A stretch of 64,000 bases of DNA from an uncultured bacterium (GCA_903842085.1 CAIMLA010000043.1:1563-65562), one strand, 5' to 3'; positions 9,241 to 19,923 are shown, counted from the stretch's first letter. Numbers and translations are program-made. Notes: generated by a model not told the origin, from the letters alone.

Positions 9241-12054
9241 ATGCATAACAATATTGTTATTACTGGCGCACGTGAGCATAATTTAAAAAATATAAATGTG
9301 GCTATTCCACGTGATAAGCTGGTCGTAATTACTGGCTTGTCAGGATCTGGCAAATCATCTTTAGCCTTTGATACAATCTATGCCGAAGGTCAAAGACGGT
9401 ATGTCGAGAGTCTCTCAAGTTATGCGCGTCAATTTTTAGGCTTAATGGAAAAGCCTGATGTTGATCAAATCGAAGGTCTTTCGCCAGCAATTTCGATTGA
9501 TCAGAAATCAACGACTAAAAATCCTCGTTCAACTGTTGGCACTGTCACTGAAATATATGATTATTTGAGGTTGCTCTATGCCCGAATTGGTATCCCACAT
9601 TGCCCAATTTGTGGTCGCGAAATTACCAAACAAACAGTTTCACAAATAGTTGAGCAAATATTATCAAAAGACTCGGGAACCAAATTTATGATACTGGCTC
9701 CAATCATTAAGGATAAAAAGGGTGTACATAAATATGTATTTGAAGGTCTAAAAAAGGCTGGCTATGCTCGCGTCAGAGTGGATAATAAAATATTCGATAT
9801 TGATGAAGAGATAACCTTAGATAAAAATAAAAAGCACACCATAGATGCGGTCATTGATCGCTTAATTGTGGGTAGTGAAATTGGCAAACGATTAATTGAA
9901 TCAGTCGAGGCGGCCCTCAATCTGGGTGAAGGAGTGATGATTTATTTTGACAATGATAGTCAAGAAGAGGAAGTCTATTCCCAAAACTTTGCTTGTCCTA
10001 ACTGCCATATTAGCTTGCCCGAGATTTCTCCAAGGAGTTTTTCATTTAATAGTCCTCATGGTGCCTGTCCAGTCTGCACTGGCCTTGGTTCTAGGCTTGA
10101 GATAGACCCAGAACTGGTCGTCCCTAATAAAAAACTGACTATTGCCGAAGGAGCGATTCGGTATTGGAATCGAACAACGGACAAATTAAATTGGTATACC
10201 CGCCTTTTGAAAACAGTCGGCGAGAAATACGACTTTACGGTTGATCAGCCGATCAGTACCATTACGGAAAAATCATTGAATATTATTATGTATGGTAGTG
10301 GAGATGAGCTTTTTAACTTTCAGCTTGGTTCAAGATCTTATGAAGCGACCTATGAAGGCGTTGTGGCCAATCTAGAAAGAAGATATCTAGAAACAGATTC
10401 AGATTATATCCGGAACGAAATTAGAAAATACATGGGCGAGAAAATCTGCCCAAAATGCCAAGGAAAAAGGTTGAAGCCCGAATTTTTGGCCGTTACAATT
10501 GTCGGCCGGTCGATTGTTGATTTGACAAATTATCCAATCAATGAGGCTTTTGATTATTTCAATAAGTTAGAGTTGAGTAGTCGAGACAATAACATCGCAA
10601 AGCAGATTTTGAAGGAGATTAAAGCTCGTCTACGTTTCTTAATAAATGTTGGCCTAGATTATCTAACGCTAGATCGGAGTGCCAGTACCCTCTCTGGTGG
10701 TGAAGCTCAGAGAATCAGACTAGCCACCCAGATTGGATCTTCATTGATGGGGGTAATTTATATCTTAGATGAGCCTTCAATCGGTTTGCATCAGCGCGAT
10801 AATTATCGCCTGATTGATACTCTGAAGAATTTAAGAGATTTGGGAAATACAGTCATAGTTGTTGAACATGATAAAGACACGATGGAAGAAGCCGATTGGT
10901 TGATCGATGTTGGCCCAGGCGCGGGCGAAAAAGGCGGAGAGGTCATTGCGGCTGGGACACCAGATGAAGTAAAAAGGAATCCAAATTCACTTACGGGTCA
11001 ATACCTAAAGGGAGAGAAAAAGATCTTCTGTCCCACGAGTCGGAGAAAGGGAAACGGGAACGAAATAGTTGTGATTGAAGCAGAAGAGAATAATCTTAAA
11101 AAAATAAATGTCCCAATCCCTCTCGGAAAACTGGTCTTAGTGACCGGGGTCTCTGGCTCAGGTAAGTCCAGCCTAGTAAACGATGTTTTGGCTAAAAAGC
11201 TGGCTCAGATCTTTCATCGAGCCCAAGAGCCAGCAGGGAAACATAAAGAGATTATTGGCTTAAAAAATCTAGATAAAGTTATTAATATCGATCAGTCACC
11301 AATTGGCCGAACCCCACGATCTAATCCGGCCACTTATACTAAGGCCTTTGATGACATTAGAGAATTATTTTCGAATGTTCCTGAAGCCAAGATTAGAGGA
11401 TACAAAAAGGGCAGGTTTAGCTTCAATGCAAAGGGGGGCGGGCGTTGTGAAGTCTGCCGAGGTGAGGGGATATTAAAAATTGAAATGCATTTCTTGCCTG
11501 ATGTCTATATCACCTGCGAAGAATGTGGCGGGAAGAGATATAACAAAGAAGCCTTAGAGATACACTATAAGGCGAAAAATATCTCTGATGTTTTGAATAT
11601 GACGGTTGGGGAAGGGTATGAATTTTTTCACAATATTCCTCAAATAAAACGAAAACTAGAAACCCTGGTCGAGGTTGGCTTGGGCTATATTCGGCTCGGT
11701 CAACCAGCCACCACTTTATCTGGTGGCGAAGCTCAAAGAGTTAAACTAGCCTCTGAATTAGCCAGACGTTCTACAGGGAAGACCCTTTATATTTTAGATG
11801 AGCCAACGACGGGACTCCACTTTGATGACGTCAATCGCTTAATGCATGTCTTGAATAAGCTTGTTGATATCGGCAATACCGTTTTAGTGATCGAGCACAA
11901 TCTAGAAGTTATTAAATGTGCCGATTGGATTATCGATCTAGGGCCAGAAGGTGGAAACAAGGGGGGTGAGATTCTGGCGCAGGGAACACCAGAACAATTA
12001 GTTAAAGAAAAAAAATCATATACTGGGCAATATCTGTCTAAAGTTTTAGCCTAA
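9241..12054 (+). CDS. uvrA: Excinuclease ABC subunit A
   Basis: Two ABC ATPase modules ([18 protein letters not shown], two LSGGE), zinc-finger Cys pairs, and 937 aa in length. Confidence 0.97.
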   Translation: MHNNIVITGAREHNLKNINVAIPRDKLVVITGLSGSGKSSLAFDTIYAEGQRRYVESLSSYARQFLGLMEKPDVDQIEGLSPAISIDQKSTTKNPRSTVGTVTEIYDYLRLLYARIGIPHCPICGREITKQTVSQIVEQILSKDSGTKFMILAPIIKDKKGVHKYVFEGLKKAGYARVRVDNKIFDIDEEITLDKNKKHTIDAVIDRLIVGSEIGKRLIESVEAALNLGEGVMIYFDNDSQEEEVYSQNFACPNCHISLPEISPRSFSFNSPHGACPVCTGLGSRLEIDPELVVPNKKLTIAEGAIRYWNRTTDKLNWYTRLLKTVGEKYDFTVDQPISTITEKSLNIIMYGSGDELFNFQLGSRSYEATYEGVVANLERRYLETDSDYIRNEIRKYMGEKICPKCQGKRLKPEFLAVTIVGRSIVDLTNYPINEAFDYFNKLELSSRDNNIAKQILKEIKARLRFLINVGLDYLTLDRSASTLSGGEAQRIRLATQIGSSLMGVIYILDEPSIGLHQRDNYRLIDTLKNLRDLGNTVIVVEHDKDTMEEADWLIDVGPGAGEKGGEVIAAGTPDEVKRNPNSLTGQYLKGEKKIFCPTSRRKGNGNEIVVIEAEENNLKKINVPIPLGKLVLVTGVSGSGKSSLVNDVLAKKLAQIFHRAQEPAGKHKEIIGLKNLDKVINIDQSPIGRTPRSNPATYTKAFDDIRELFSNVPEAKIRGYKKGRFSFNAKGGGRCEVCRGEGILKIEMHFLPDVYITCEECGGKRYNKEALEIHYKAKNISDVLNMTVGEGYEFFHNIPQIKRKLETLVEVGLGYIRLGQPATTLSGGEAQRVKLASELARRSTGKTLYILDEPTTGLHFDDVNRLMHVLNKLVDIGNTVLVIEHNLEVIKCADWIIDLGPEGGNKGGEILAQGTPEQLVKEKKSYTGQYLSKVLA

Positions 12055-12058
12055 GACT

Positions 12059-13486
12059 ATGGATCCATTGAACAAAAATATTGTTCAAAAGATAAAGAAT
12101 CTCCCTCAGACACCTGGAGTCTACATCTTTCGTAATGAGAAAAGAAAGGTTATTTATGTTGGCAAGGCGATCAAGCTGAAGACTAGGGTTGGGAGCTATT
12201 TCCAAAATAAAAACCATGACATCAAAACTCAAAAATTGATAGAAAAAATTGCTGATTTAGAATATCTCAATTGTGCTTCCGAGATCGAGGCGCTAGTCGT
12301 AGAATCAGAGCTGATCAAACGCTATAAGCCTAGATATAATATCATCTGGAAAGATGATAAAAATTATTCATATATTAAAATTACGGGTGAGGCTTATCCG
12401 AGGGTTTTTGTGGTTAGAGATACCTCTGATGCCGAGAGTCAATATATCGGACCTTTTGTCGATGCGGTTGCTCTAAAAAATTCTCTCAAGCATATCCGTA
12501 AAATATTTCCTTTTTGTACTTGTTATAAGCCGAAGGACCAGGTTTGCCTATATTATCATCTAAAACTTTGTCTTGGACACGGGGAGGAAGCGAAGAAAAA
12601 AGAATATGGGAAGAACATAAAAGCGCTCTCTCGATTTTTTTCTGGGGACACCGCTAAAATTATTGCTGATTTAAAAAAAGAGATGAAGCTATCGGCCCAA
12701 AACCAAGACTTTGAGGCTGCTGCTAGAGCGAGGGATCGATTATTAAATTTAGAAAACCTCAAATATGTTCCGATAGAGAGCCAGAATCACGATCAAATGC
12801 ACGATCAAGCCTTAATTGACCTACAAATTATGACCGGCTTGGATAAAATGCCGAAGCGGATCGAATGTTTCGATATTTCGCATATCTCGGGGCATTTACC
12901 GGTTGGCTCAATGGTCGTTTTTACCAATGGTTTGCCAGATAAAAATAGCTATCGGAGATTTAAGATAAAAGGGGTTAAGCAGATTGATGATTTTGCGATG
13001 TTGAATGAAGCGGTTGGAAGAAGATTGAAAAATCTTGATCGTAAAAAGGACAAGTCGTTTGAGCTAAATCCAGATTTAATTATCATAGATGGCGGGAAAG
13101 GTCAACTTTCAACGATTATGAAATCATACCAGAGCCAATACCCATCAATTTGTTTTCTCTCAATCGCGAAAAAAAATGAGGAGCTCTATCTCTCTAGAAA
13201 TAACCGGATCGAGAAACTCCCCTTGATTGAAAATTCTCAAACAATGTTTCTCTTGCAGAGAATTAGAGATGAAGCCCATAGATTTGCCATTACCTACCAT
13301 CGCCACCTCCGGAAAAATGAAATAACAACCTCGGCCCTTGATTTAATTCCAGGAGTCGGTCCAAAAACAAAACGAGCGCTTCTCAAAAAGTTTGGTACAA
13401 TTGAGGGAATCAAAAGCGCTGACCTTTCGGAAATAGCGATATTGGTCGGCCTAAAAAAGGGGGAAAGGATCAAGGAAAATTTATGA
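12059..13486 (+). CDS. uvrC: Excinuclease ABC subunit C (short form)
   Basis: GIY-YIG N-terminus (PGVYIFRNEKRKVIYVGKA), UVR domain (FEAAARARD) and an endonuclease V-like C-terminal domain with HhH. Confidence 0.92.
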   Translation: MDPLNKNIVQKIKNLPQTPGVYIFRNEKRKVIYVGKAIKLKTRVGSYFQNKNHDIKTQKLIEKIADLEYLNCASEIEALVVESELIKRYKPRYNIIWKDDKNYSYIKITGEAYPRVFVVRDTSDAESQYIGPFVDAVALKNSLKHIRKIFPFCTCYKPKDQVCLYYHLKLCLGHGEEAKKKEYGKNIKALSRFFSGDTAKIIADLKKEMKLSAQNQDFEAAARARDRLLNLENLKYVPIESQNHDQMHDQALIDLQIMTGLDKMPKRIECFDISHISGHLPVGSMVVFTNGLPDKNSYRRFKIKGVKQIDDFAMLNEAVGRRLKNLDRKKDKSFELNPDLIIIDGGKGQLSTIMKSYQSQYPSICFLSIAKKNEELYLSRNNRIEKLPLIENSQTMFLLQRIRDEAHRFAITYHRHLRKNEITTSALDLIPGVGPKTKRALLKKFGTIEGIKSADLSEIAILVGLKKGERIKENL

Positions 13487-14409
13487 AAAAAGTTGTGGCA
13501 ATAGGTGGCGGCTCCGGACTGTCAACCATCTTGAGAGCGATCCGTGACTACCCGATAGAGATTACGGCCATCGTCACGATGACTGATGATGGTCAGAGTA
13601 CTGGTCGTTTGCGTAAAGACTTTAATCTCTTACCACCTGGCGATATTAGAAAGTGCATTGCGGCATTGTCAGATAATGAGGATATCCTTCTTGACCTTTG
13701 GCAATACCGGTTCAAAAAAGGGGTCGGTTTGAAAGGGCACTCTTTGGGAAATCTTATCATCAGTGCGGCTCAGGATTTGTATAACGGCAGCTTTGAAAAG
13801 GCCATAGAAGGGATGTGTGATCTTTTCTCGACTCGAGGCAAGGTTCTCCCCTCTACGCTTGAAGATGTCAACCTCTTAGCTACTTTTAGGGATGGAAAGA
13901 AAATAAAAGGGGAATCTAAAATAAGAAAATATGGCTATAAGGAACAAATAGAGCGACTTTATATTGACGGAAAGGTAAAAGCCAATCCAAAAGCTCTTAT
14001 TGCCATAGAAAAAGCAGATTATATCTTGATTGGACCCGGAAGTCTTTACACGAGTATTATTCCCAACTTTTTATTACCAGAGATTGTCAGAGCCTACAGT
14101 CTTTCGAAAGCAAAAAAATATTATATCTGCAATGTTTCAACTGAGAGAGGCGAGACAGAAGGTTATACTAGTCTTGACCACATTAGAGCTTTGGAGCAAT
14201 ACCAAATATTTGTCGATCTAGTTTTGGTTAACAGCAAAAAATTTAGAAAAGGCTCGGGAGATGGCTATGTCATCCCAGTCTCCTTGGGGGCAAAAACTAG
14301 AGACTTATATCATATTTCGGAAAACGATTTAGTCAGCCAGGCTAATCCTCTTTATCATGACGTCGATAAACTTGGTCAAGTGATTTGGCAGTTAATCATT
14401 AAGAGATAG
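13483..14409 (+). CDS. YvcK/CofD-family (gluconeogenesis factor-like, UPF0052) protein
   Basis: GGGSGLSTILRAI and ITAIVTMTDDGQSTGRLR match YvcK motifs. The start overlaps the uvrC stop (ATGA), suggesting translational coupling. Confidence 0.8.
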   Translation: MKKVVAIGGGSGLSTILRAIRDYPIEITAIVTMTDDGQSTGRLRKDFNLLPPGDIRKCIAALSDNEDILLDLWQYRFKKGVGLKGHSLGNLIISAAQDLYNGSFEKAIEGMCDLFSTRGKVLPSTLEDVNLLATFRDGKKIKGESKIRKYGYKEQIERLYIDGKVKANPKALIAIEKADYILIGPGSLYTSIIPNFLLPEIVRAYSLSKAKKYYICNVSTERGETEGYTSLDHIRALEQYQIFVDLVLVNSKKFRKGSGDGYVIPVSLGAKTRDLYHISENDLVSQANPLYHDVDKLGQVIWQLIIKR

Positions 14410-14466
14410 TTAGCTTTTCTTTTTGTTCGTTTTGTAGTAAAATAAGCGGGCAAAAGAAAGGGAAAA

Positions 14467-14685
14467 ATGCGAACGATTGTAACTATAGTTTTACTCGTGG
14501 CCGCCTTCTTGCTAATCGCCGCGGTTTTGTTGCAGCAGAAGGGAAGCGGTCTCTCAGGTATATTTGGAGGAGATAGTGCTTCATATCTGACAAAAAGAGG
14601 AGCTGAAAAGTTTCTAACAATTTTTACGGTTTTGTCAGCGGCTATTTTTATAGCCTCAGCTCTATCGTTATTAATTATTAAATAA
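14467..14685 (+). CDS. secG: Preprotein translocase subunit SecG
   Basis: It is 72 aa with two TM helices and the characteristic LLQQKGSGLSGIFGG loop. Confidence 0.78.
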   Translation: MRTIVTIVLLVAAFLLIAAVLLQQKGSGLSGIFGGDSASYLTKRGAEKFLTIFTVLSAAIFIASALSLLIIK

Positions 14686-16445
14686 TGAAAACTCGCAGAG
14701 TTGGTATTAAGCTTCGCTTGGTGCTGAAAAAATTCTATCTAGACCTCAAGCAAACCCATTTAAAAGATTTACGTAATGGTTTTTTTCATTACCTGAAGAA
14801 ACTTCCAGATATTATCCATTTAAAGAATATGATCTTAGTGATTATTATTCTCTCAGGGGTAACTTTGATAATGTTTTTTCAAAGATTCTCGGCCCTTGGA
14901 CAATATTTTGAAGTGAGAACGCCGAGTTATGGTGGCACCTATACAGAAGGCGTTATCGGCCAAATTGATAAAATAAATCCACTTTTTATTAATAGTGAAG
15001 CTGAGGCATCAGCGAACAAATTGGTCTTTTCAGGCCTAGTAAAAGTAATGCCAAATGACGTCATAACGCCTGATTTAGCGGAGAGTTGGACTGTTCAGGA
15101 AGAAGGTAAAGTCTATACTTTTAAGTTAAGGAAAAACCTTAAATGGCATGATAACAAAGAAGTCACCGCTGACGATATTCTCTTTACCATAGATTTAATC
15201 CAAAATCCTGATACCAGAACTAGTCTAAACGCCGTGTGGCAAAATGTTGAAGTGGTTAAAAATAATAAATATGAAGTAAAATTCACTTTGCCAAATAATT
15301 ATAGTGATTTTTTAAGAGTGGCAGCACAGCCGATCTTGCCGCAACATTTATTAAAAGACACCGATCCGAGCAGTATCAAGGTGGCTGAGTTTAATACAAA
15401 GCCGATTGGCTCAGGCCCTTACAAATTTACTCGTTTTGACCAAACGGGAGAGGAAACGATCGCAATCTTTGATGCAAATGGGAATTACTATCCTCACAAA
15501 CCATATATCAATAAAGTACGCCTGAGATTGTACGAAAATTTTTCCGATCTATATTCTGCCGTCCTTCGAAAACAAGTTAATGGCATCAGCCAGATCCCAT
15601 ATAACAAAATTGATGCGATGAAGAATATAGGTTCACTCAACGCTTATAATCAATATTTGCCTCGATATAAGGTCTTGCTTTTTAATTTAAAGAACGAACT
15701 CTTGGCGAATGCGGAAATCCGACAAGCGCTTTCAAAAGCGATTAATAGAAGCGAGATAATCGCGAAAGGGTTAGACGACAAAGCTATGCCAGTTTACGCC
15801 CCAATTCTTCCTGGCAAAGAAGGCTATGATAAAAAGTTAAACACCAATCTTTTTGATGTCAACAAAGCCAACGAAGAACTTGATAAAGCCGGTTGGATCA
15901 AGGGAAAGAACGGAATTAGAGAAAAAGACGGGAAAAAATTATCTTTCAAATTGGTGGTCAATGATGACGATGAAGGTAAAAAGGTTGGTGAAATCATAAA
16001 AACCGAATTTGAGAAAATAGGAGTAGACACAAATTTAATTGTATCAGACAAAGATCTCTTCCAGGCAGATTATATTAGACCAAGAAACTTTGATCTGGTT
16101 ATCGTTGGTCAAAACGTTGGCACCACGACTGATTTATACAGCTTCTGGCATTCGTCTCAAGTAAACGACCCAGGGCTCAACTTGAGTGGCTTAAAAGATC
16201 GAAAGATTGATAAGCTTATTGAACTTGGGAGAAAGAGTAACGATAAAAAATATCGGGATGACAAATATCGACAAGCTCAGGAAGCGATCATGTCAGTGTC
16301 ACCAGCGGTCTACCTTTATGACCCAATCTACTCTTTTGCGGTCACAAAAAATATTAAAGGGTTTGACCAAGGCAAAATTACGACCCCAGTTGATCATTTG
16401 AATGATATTTCGAACTGGTATGTCTACGACAAAGTTAAAAATTAA
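14685..16445 (+). CDS. ABC transporter substrate-binding protein, family 5 (peptide/nickel type), membrane-anchored
   Basis: An N-terminal TM helix, then an SBP_bac_5-like region (ESWTVQEEGKVYTFKLRKNLKWHDNKEVTADDILFT). No permease or ATPase genes are adjacent. Confidence 0.8.
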   Translation: MKTRRVGIKLRLVLKKFYLDLKQTHLKDLRNGFFHYLKKLPDIIHLKNMILVIIILSGVTLIMFFQRFSALGQYFEVRTPSYGGTYTEGVIGQIDKINPLFINSEAEASANKLVFSGLVKVMPNDVITPDLAESWTVQEEGKVYTFKLRKNLKWHDNKEVTADDILFTIDLIQNPDTRTSLNAVWQNVEVVKNNKYEVKFTLPNNYSDFLRVAAQPILPQHLLKDTDPSSIKVAEFNTKPIGSGPYKFTRFDQTGEETIAIFDANGNYYPHKPYINKVRLRLYENFSDLYSAVLRKQVNGISQIPYNKIDAMKNIGSLNAYNQYLPRYKVLLFNLKNELLANAEIRQALSKAINRSEIIAKGLDDKAMPVYAPILPGKEGYDKKLNTNLFDVNKANEELDKAGWIKGKNGIREKDGKKLSFKLVVNDDDEGKKVGEIIKTEFEKIGVDTNLIVSDKDLFQADYIRPRNFDLVIVGQNVGTTTDLYSFWHSSQVNDPGLNLSGLKDRKIDKLIELGRKSNDKKYRDDKYRQAQEAIMSVSPAVYLYDPIYSFAVTKNIKGFDQGKITTPVDHLNDISNWYVYDKVKN

Positions 16446-16470
16446 TCTTTAATTTGATAGGTAAGAAAAA

Positions 16471-16493
16471 ACTCCATAACTATGGAGTTTTTT
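16471..16493. terminator. Bidirectional intrinsic terminator between the SBP gene and the convergent tRNA operon
   Basis: AAAAA-ACTCCA-TAACTA-TGGAGT-TTTTT. The hairpin has an A-run and a T-run, so it reads as hairpin plus U-tract on both strands. Confidence 0.65.
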
Positions 16494-16579
16494 GGTGCCC
16501 GAGGCGGGACTCGAACCCGCAAGATGTCACCACCAACGGATTTTAAGTCCGTCGCGTATACCAATTCCGCCACCCGGGC
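16493..16579 (-). tRNA. tRNA-Leu(TAA), 87 nt, long variable arm, CCA encoded
   Basis: The reverse complement is GCCCGGGTGGCGGAATTGGTATACGCGACGGACTTAAAATCCGT...GGGTTCGAGTCCCGCCTCGGGCACCA. Cloverleaf folded by hand; anticodon loop CTTAAAA. Confidence 0.9.
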
Positions 16580-16624
16580 ATTAGATTTAAGCAAAACCAA
16601 ACGAATCAGGAAGCCCCATCAATC

Positions 16625-16699
16625 TGGAGGCCTCGCCCGGAATTGAACCGGGGTGAACGGTTTTGCAGACCGCTGCGTAAACCACTCCGCCACGAGGCC
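16625..16699 (-). tRNA. tRNA-Cys(GCA), 75 nt, CCA encoded
   Basis: The reverse complement is GGCCTCGTGGCGGAGTGG...GCGGTCTGCAAAACCGT...GGTTCAATTCCGGGCGAGGCCTCCA. Anticodon loop CTGCAAA. Confidence 0.9.
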
Positions 16700-16706
16700 A
16701 TTTATA

Positions 16707-16782
16707 TGGAGCGAGAGACGGGGCTCGAACCCGCGACCTCAACCTTGGCAAGGTTGCGCTCTACCAGCTAAGCTACTCTCGC
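16707..16782 (-). tRNA. tRNA-Gly(GCC), 76 nt, CCA encoded
   Basis: The reverse complement is GCGAGAGTAGCTTAGCTGGTAGAGCGCAACCTTGCCAAGGTTGAGGTCGCGGGTTCGAGCCCCGTCTCTCGCTCCA. Confidence 0.92.
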
Positions 16783-16819
16783 AAACACACGTGGACTAGA
16801 TTACGTCGAGATTGATTTA

Positions 16820-16895
<76 letters not shown>

Positions 16896-16963
16896 TTATT
16901 TTCTTTTTCTTCTTACTAAGATTCTTCTGGCGATAAATAACGTCCAGATCAATCTTGGTAAAA

Positions 16964-17040
16964 TGGTGGGCGATGGGGGATTCGAACCCGCGACCTCCTC
17001 GGTGTAAACGAGATGCTCTAACCAGCTGAGCTAATCGCCC
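16964..17040 (-). tRNA. tRNA-Val(TAC), 77 nt, CCA encoded
   Basis: The reverse complement is GGGCGATTAGCTCAGCTGGTTAGAGCATCTCGTTTACACCGAGGAGGTCGCGGGTTCGAATCCCCCATCGCCCACCA. Confidence 0.9.
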
Positions 17041-17077
17041 CGATATCAATGTTCAATTGACTCGTATCCCTTAACTT

Positions 17078-17164
17078 TGGTGCGGACGAGAGGACTTGAA
17101 CCTCCAAGACCTTTCGGTCACTAGCACCTCATGCTAGCGCGTATACCAATTCCGCCACGTCCGC
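17078..17164 (-). tRNA. tRNA-Leu(GAG), 87 nt, long variable arm, CCA encoded
   Basis: The reverse complement is GCGGACGTGGCGGAATTGGTATACGCGCTAGCATGAGGTGCTAG...GGAGGTTCAAGTCCTCTCGTCCGCACCA. Anticodon loop ATGAGGT. Confidence 0.9.
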
Positions 17165-17197
17165 TTGGTATAAAAAAAGCGTGCCAAGCGCTCAAAT

Positions 17198-17226
17198 ATT
17201 ATAGAATTATAAGAGGGATAAGTCAA
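17198..17226 (-). promoter_or_regulatory. Consensus sigma70 promoter driving the six-tRNA operon (TTGACT-17 nt-TATAAT on the minus strand)
   Basis: The minus strand reads TTGACT tatccctcttataattc TATAAT. The -35 is at 17221-17226 and the -10 at 17198-17203, about 35 nt upstream of tRNA-Leu(GAG). Confidence 0.6.
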
Positions 17227-17275
17227 TCTCAAATCTCTATCAAAAATTATATAAAAGTTGTATAATGATCAAGCA

Positions 17276-17749
17276 ATGCCAAATGAAGAAAACAAAGAGA
17301 CGCTAGGTGTAAATCTATCAAATGATTTTCAGCAAGAGCTTAAAAACAAGAAGCGGAAAGTCAATTGGCTTGGTGTAGTTAGTGCAACTTCTCTGGCCGT
17401 AATCGTCATTGTGGTTCTGGGCCTTGGATCTTATGAAATCTTTTTTAAGAAAGAATCAATCAAGCAGGATGCCGACACAAAGATAGAATCAAAACCAGTC
17501 GCAACCGATGAAAAAGCGAGTAGTGAGCCTGAGACAGAGGAGAAAACGACTGCGACCACTCCAGCGCCAACCCCAGCTCCAGCTCCGACCGCTCCATCAA
17601 CGACACAAGAATATGTTATTGCTGATGGTGATAACCTTGGTGCAATTGCGGTCAAATTTGAGACTACCGTCGAAAAGTTGAAAGCGGCAAATAATATTCA
17701 AGATGAAACATTGCTACAAATAGGACAAAAGATTAAAATAGTTAAGTAA
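17276..17749 (+). CDS. LysM-domain membrane-anchored protein
   Basis: One TM helix, a Pro/Ala/Thr linker, and a C-terminal LysM (YVIADGDNLGAIAVKFETTVEKLKAANNI...LQIGQKIKI). The ATG at 17276 is preferred because the track's TTG at 17258 overlaps a TATAAT box (17261-17266). The start remains uncertain. Confidence 0.7.
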   Translation: MPNEENKETLGVNLSNDFQQELKNKKRKVNWLGVVSATSLAVIVIVVLGLGSYEIFFKKESIKQDADTKIESKPVATDEKASSEPETEEKTTATTPAPTPAPAPTAPSTTQEYVIADGDNLGAIAVKFETTVEKLKAANNIQDETLLQIGQKIKIVK

Positions 17750-17762
17750 GAAAGGAGAACAT

Positions 17763-18308
17763 ATGTTTATGTGGATTATTTTAGGGATTATCGTGCTAGT
17801 CGCGGTTTTTGTGATTATTACTTATAACGGACTGATCAAGCTGAAAAATAGAGTTCAAGAGGCCGATAGTGATATTGACGTACAATTGAAAAGACGTTAC
17901 GAATTGATCCCGAATTTGATTGAGACAGTCAAAGGCTATGCTAAGCATGAGAAAGAATTATTTGAAAAAGTCACTAAAGAACGATCTAGTCTTGTCACGG
18001 GTTCTACTGCTGAAAAGGTCGAGGCGAGCAACGCTTTAACCGACACCCTTAAGTCTATCTTTGCTGTAGCAGAAAACTATCCAGAGCTGAAAGCAAATCA
18101 GAACTTTTTACAGCTGCAAACCGATCTAACAGATACTCAAGATAAGATTATGGCGGCTCAGAGATTCTACAATGGAAACGTTCGTGACTTTAACACAAAA
18201 CTTCAAGTTTTCCCAACAAATCTTTATGCAAAGATGCTAGGTTTTAGCGAATTTGGCTTTATTGAAGCTGGAGAAACTGAGAAAAAGAACGTCGAAGTAA
18301 AGTTCTAA
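17763..18308 (+). CDS. lemA: LemA family protein
   Basis: An N-terminal TM helix plus the LemA-typical YNGLIKLKNRVQEADSDIDVQLKRRYELIPNLIETVKGYAKHE. RBS AAGGAGAAC. Confidence 0.85.
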   Translation: MFMWIILGIIVLVAVFVIITYNGLIKLKNRVQEADSDIDVQLKRRYELIPNLIETVKGYAKHEKELFEKVTKERSSLVTGSTAEKVEASNALTDTLKSIFAVAENYPELKANQNFLQLQTDLTDTQDKIMAAQRFYNGNVRDFNTKLQVFPTNLYAKMLGFSEFGFIEAGETEKKNVEVKF

Positions 18309-18314
18309 TTTATC

Positions 18315-19208
18315 ATGGCAACGGCCTATACTTACGCAAACTCTAATAAAAGAAAGACATGGTTTTGGCTAATTGGCTTTGTCCTTTTTGTGATCGTTGT
18401 CGGGTACATCTTTAGTCGAGCCCTAGATATGCCGTGGATATTGCCTTTGGCGGTCACAATTGCAATCATTCAGTCGGGGCTTTCATACTGGAGCAGCGAT
18501 AAAATTGTCCTATCAATCTCTAGGGCAAAAGAAATAGATAAAACCACAAACCAAACTCTATTTCGTTTAGTTGAAAATCTGTCCATCGCTTCTGGCTTAC
18601 CGATGCCCAAAATATATATCATTGATGATAGTGCTCCAAATGCCTTTGCGACAGGGAGAGATCCAAAGCATGCGGTTATTTGTGTTACAACCGGCCTATT
18701 GAACAAGCTTGATAAACAAGAGCTTGAAGGGGTCTTGGCTCATGAGTTTTCTCATATTGGAAATTATGACATTAGGCTCCAAACGATTATTGTTATTTTG
18801 GTTGGGTTAATCGCTCTCTTGGCGGATTGGTTTGTTTATTTGCGGTTTTTTGGCGGTGACGATGACAACGGAAATTGGGTATTTGTTTTAATTGGCTTTG
18901 CTCTCGCTTTGCTCTCTCCTTTGGTAGCATCTTTGATTCAACTTGCCATTTCTAGGAAAAGAGAGTTTCTGGCTGATGCGGATGGGGCTTTGCTCACTAG
19001 GAACCCTGACGGTTTGGCAAGAGCCTTGGAAGACATCTCAAAAGATAAAGAGCCGCTCGAGGTCGCGAATAAAGCCACGGCTCATTTATATATCACAAAT
19101 CCACTCAAAGATCAGACCGATTCTAAAAAAAGTCGGTTTTCTGGGCTTTTTGATACTCATCCACCAATTGAGGAGCGAGTGAAAGCCTTGCGTGACATGG
19201 CCTTATAA
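18315..19208 (+). CDS. htpX: Zinc metalloprotease HtpX (M48 family)
   Basis: HEFSHIGNYD (HExxH), four TM segments, and a C-terminal THPPIEERV motif. The lemA-htpX pairing is common. Confidence 0.88.
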   Translation: MATAYTYANSNKRKTWFWLIGFVLFVIVVGYIFSRALDMPWILPLAVTIAIIQSGLSYWSSDKIVLSISRAKEIDKTTNQTLFRLVENLSIASGLPMPKIYIIDDSAPNAFATGRDPKHAVICVTTGLLNKLDKQELEGVLAHEFSHIGNYDIRLQTIIVILVGLIALLADWFVYLRFFGGDDDNGNWVFVLIGFALALLSPLVASLIQLAISRKREFLADADGALLTRNPDGLARALEDISKDKEPLEVANKATAHLYITNPLKDQTDSKKSRFSGLFDTHPPIEERVKALRDMAL

Positions 19209-19232
19209 CGTTTTTTAAATAAAAGGGGTAAA

Positions 19233-19913
19233 ATGGAAGAAACTAAAGAAAAAGTGAATTTAAGAAGATTAGTCATCACGATTGTTTTGGTCTTGATAAC
19301 CGCGATCGTGGTCGGTGGTTTGGTTTGGTTTTTGATGGATAGGCAAGCAAAGCAAACGCAGTCAGATAATGAAAAGTCACTTAAAGAGTTAGAAAACACT
19401 ATCGGAAAGACAAAGACACAAGAAAATGAACCCGAAACGGTGGTTACGGATGAGTTTGCATCTTGGAAAACTTTCTATGGACCTGGCTTCACCATAAAAT
19501 ATCCGGGGGAGTGGAAAATTGAAGAAAACTCAACGAATACCAACTTAGTATTCGCAAAAACAAACGTAGTTTTTACTAATATACCAAAAAATTATTCCAT
19601 ATCATTAAATTATGGAGAATTATATGGACGTGGTGGGTCATGTGTTATGCGAAACATAAATTATGAAGCTAAAGAAGTTGTAAATAAAATCGTATTAGAA
19701 CCAAAGGGTGACATTTCAACTGTTTCCTTACCTGACGGCGAGATGTGTGGTGGCCAAGTCCTAAAAGGATTTGTTATTTCTACAAACTGGTTTAATTACA
19801 GCAATAAAGAATTATTTGGCTATTCATATGGCGCGAGTAGTGATAAATCGCTCTCAGACGAAGCAAATGTATATTTTAAAAAAATAATCGAAACTTTGTC
19901 TAAATCTTCGTGA
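19233..19913 (+). CDS. Hypothetical N-terminally membrane-anchored protein
   Basis: One TM helix, then a soluble domain with WKTFYGPGFTIKYPGEWK. The same motif class occurs in ORFs 5800-6480 and 46396-47307. Confidence 0.55.
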   Translation: MEETKEKVNLRRLVITIVLVLITAIVVGGLVWFLMDRQAKQTQSDNEKSLKELENTIGKTKTQENEPETVVTDEFASWKTFYGPGFTIKYPGEWKIEENSTNTNLVFAKTNVVFTNIPKNYSISLNYGELYGRGGSCVMRNINYEAKEVVNKIVLEPKGDISTVSLPDGEMCGGQVLKGFVISTNWFNYSNKELFGYSYGASSDKSLSDEANVYFKKIIETLSKSS

Positions 19914-19923
19914 AGGAATAAAG

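Noticed and set aside
17171-17195. Hairpin plus T-run on the minus strand between the tRNA-operon promoter and the first tRNA
   Set aside because: The stem is only 4-5 bp (AGCG/CGCT) with a 7-nt loop. That is too weak to call a terminator or attenuator.
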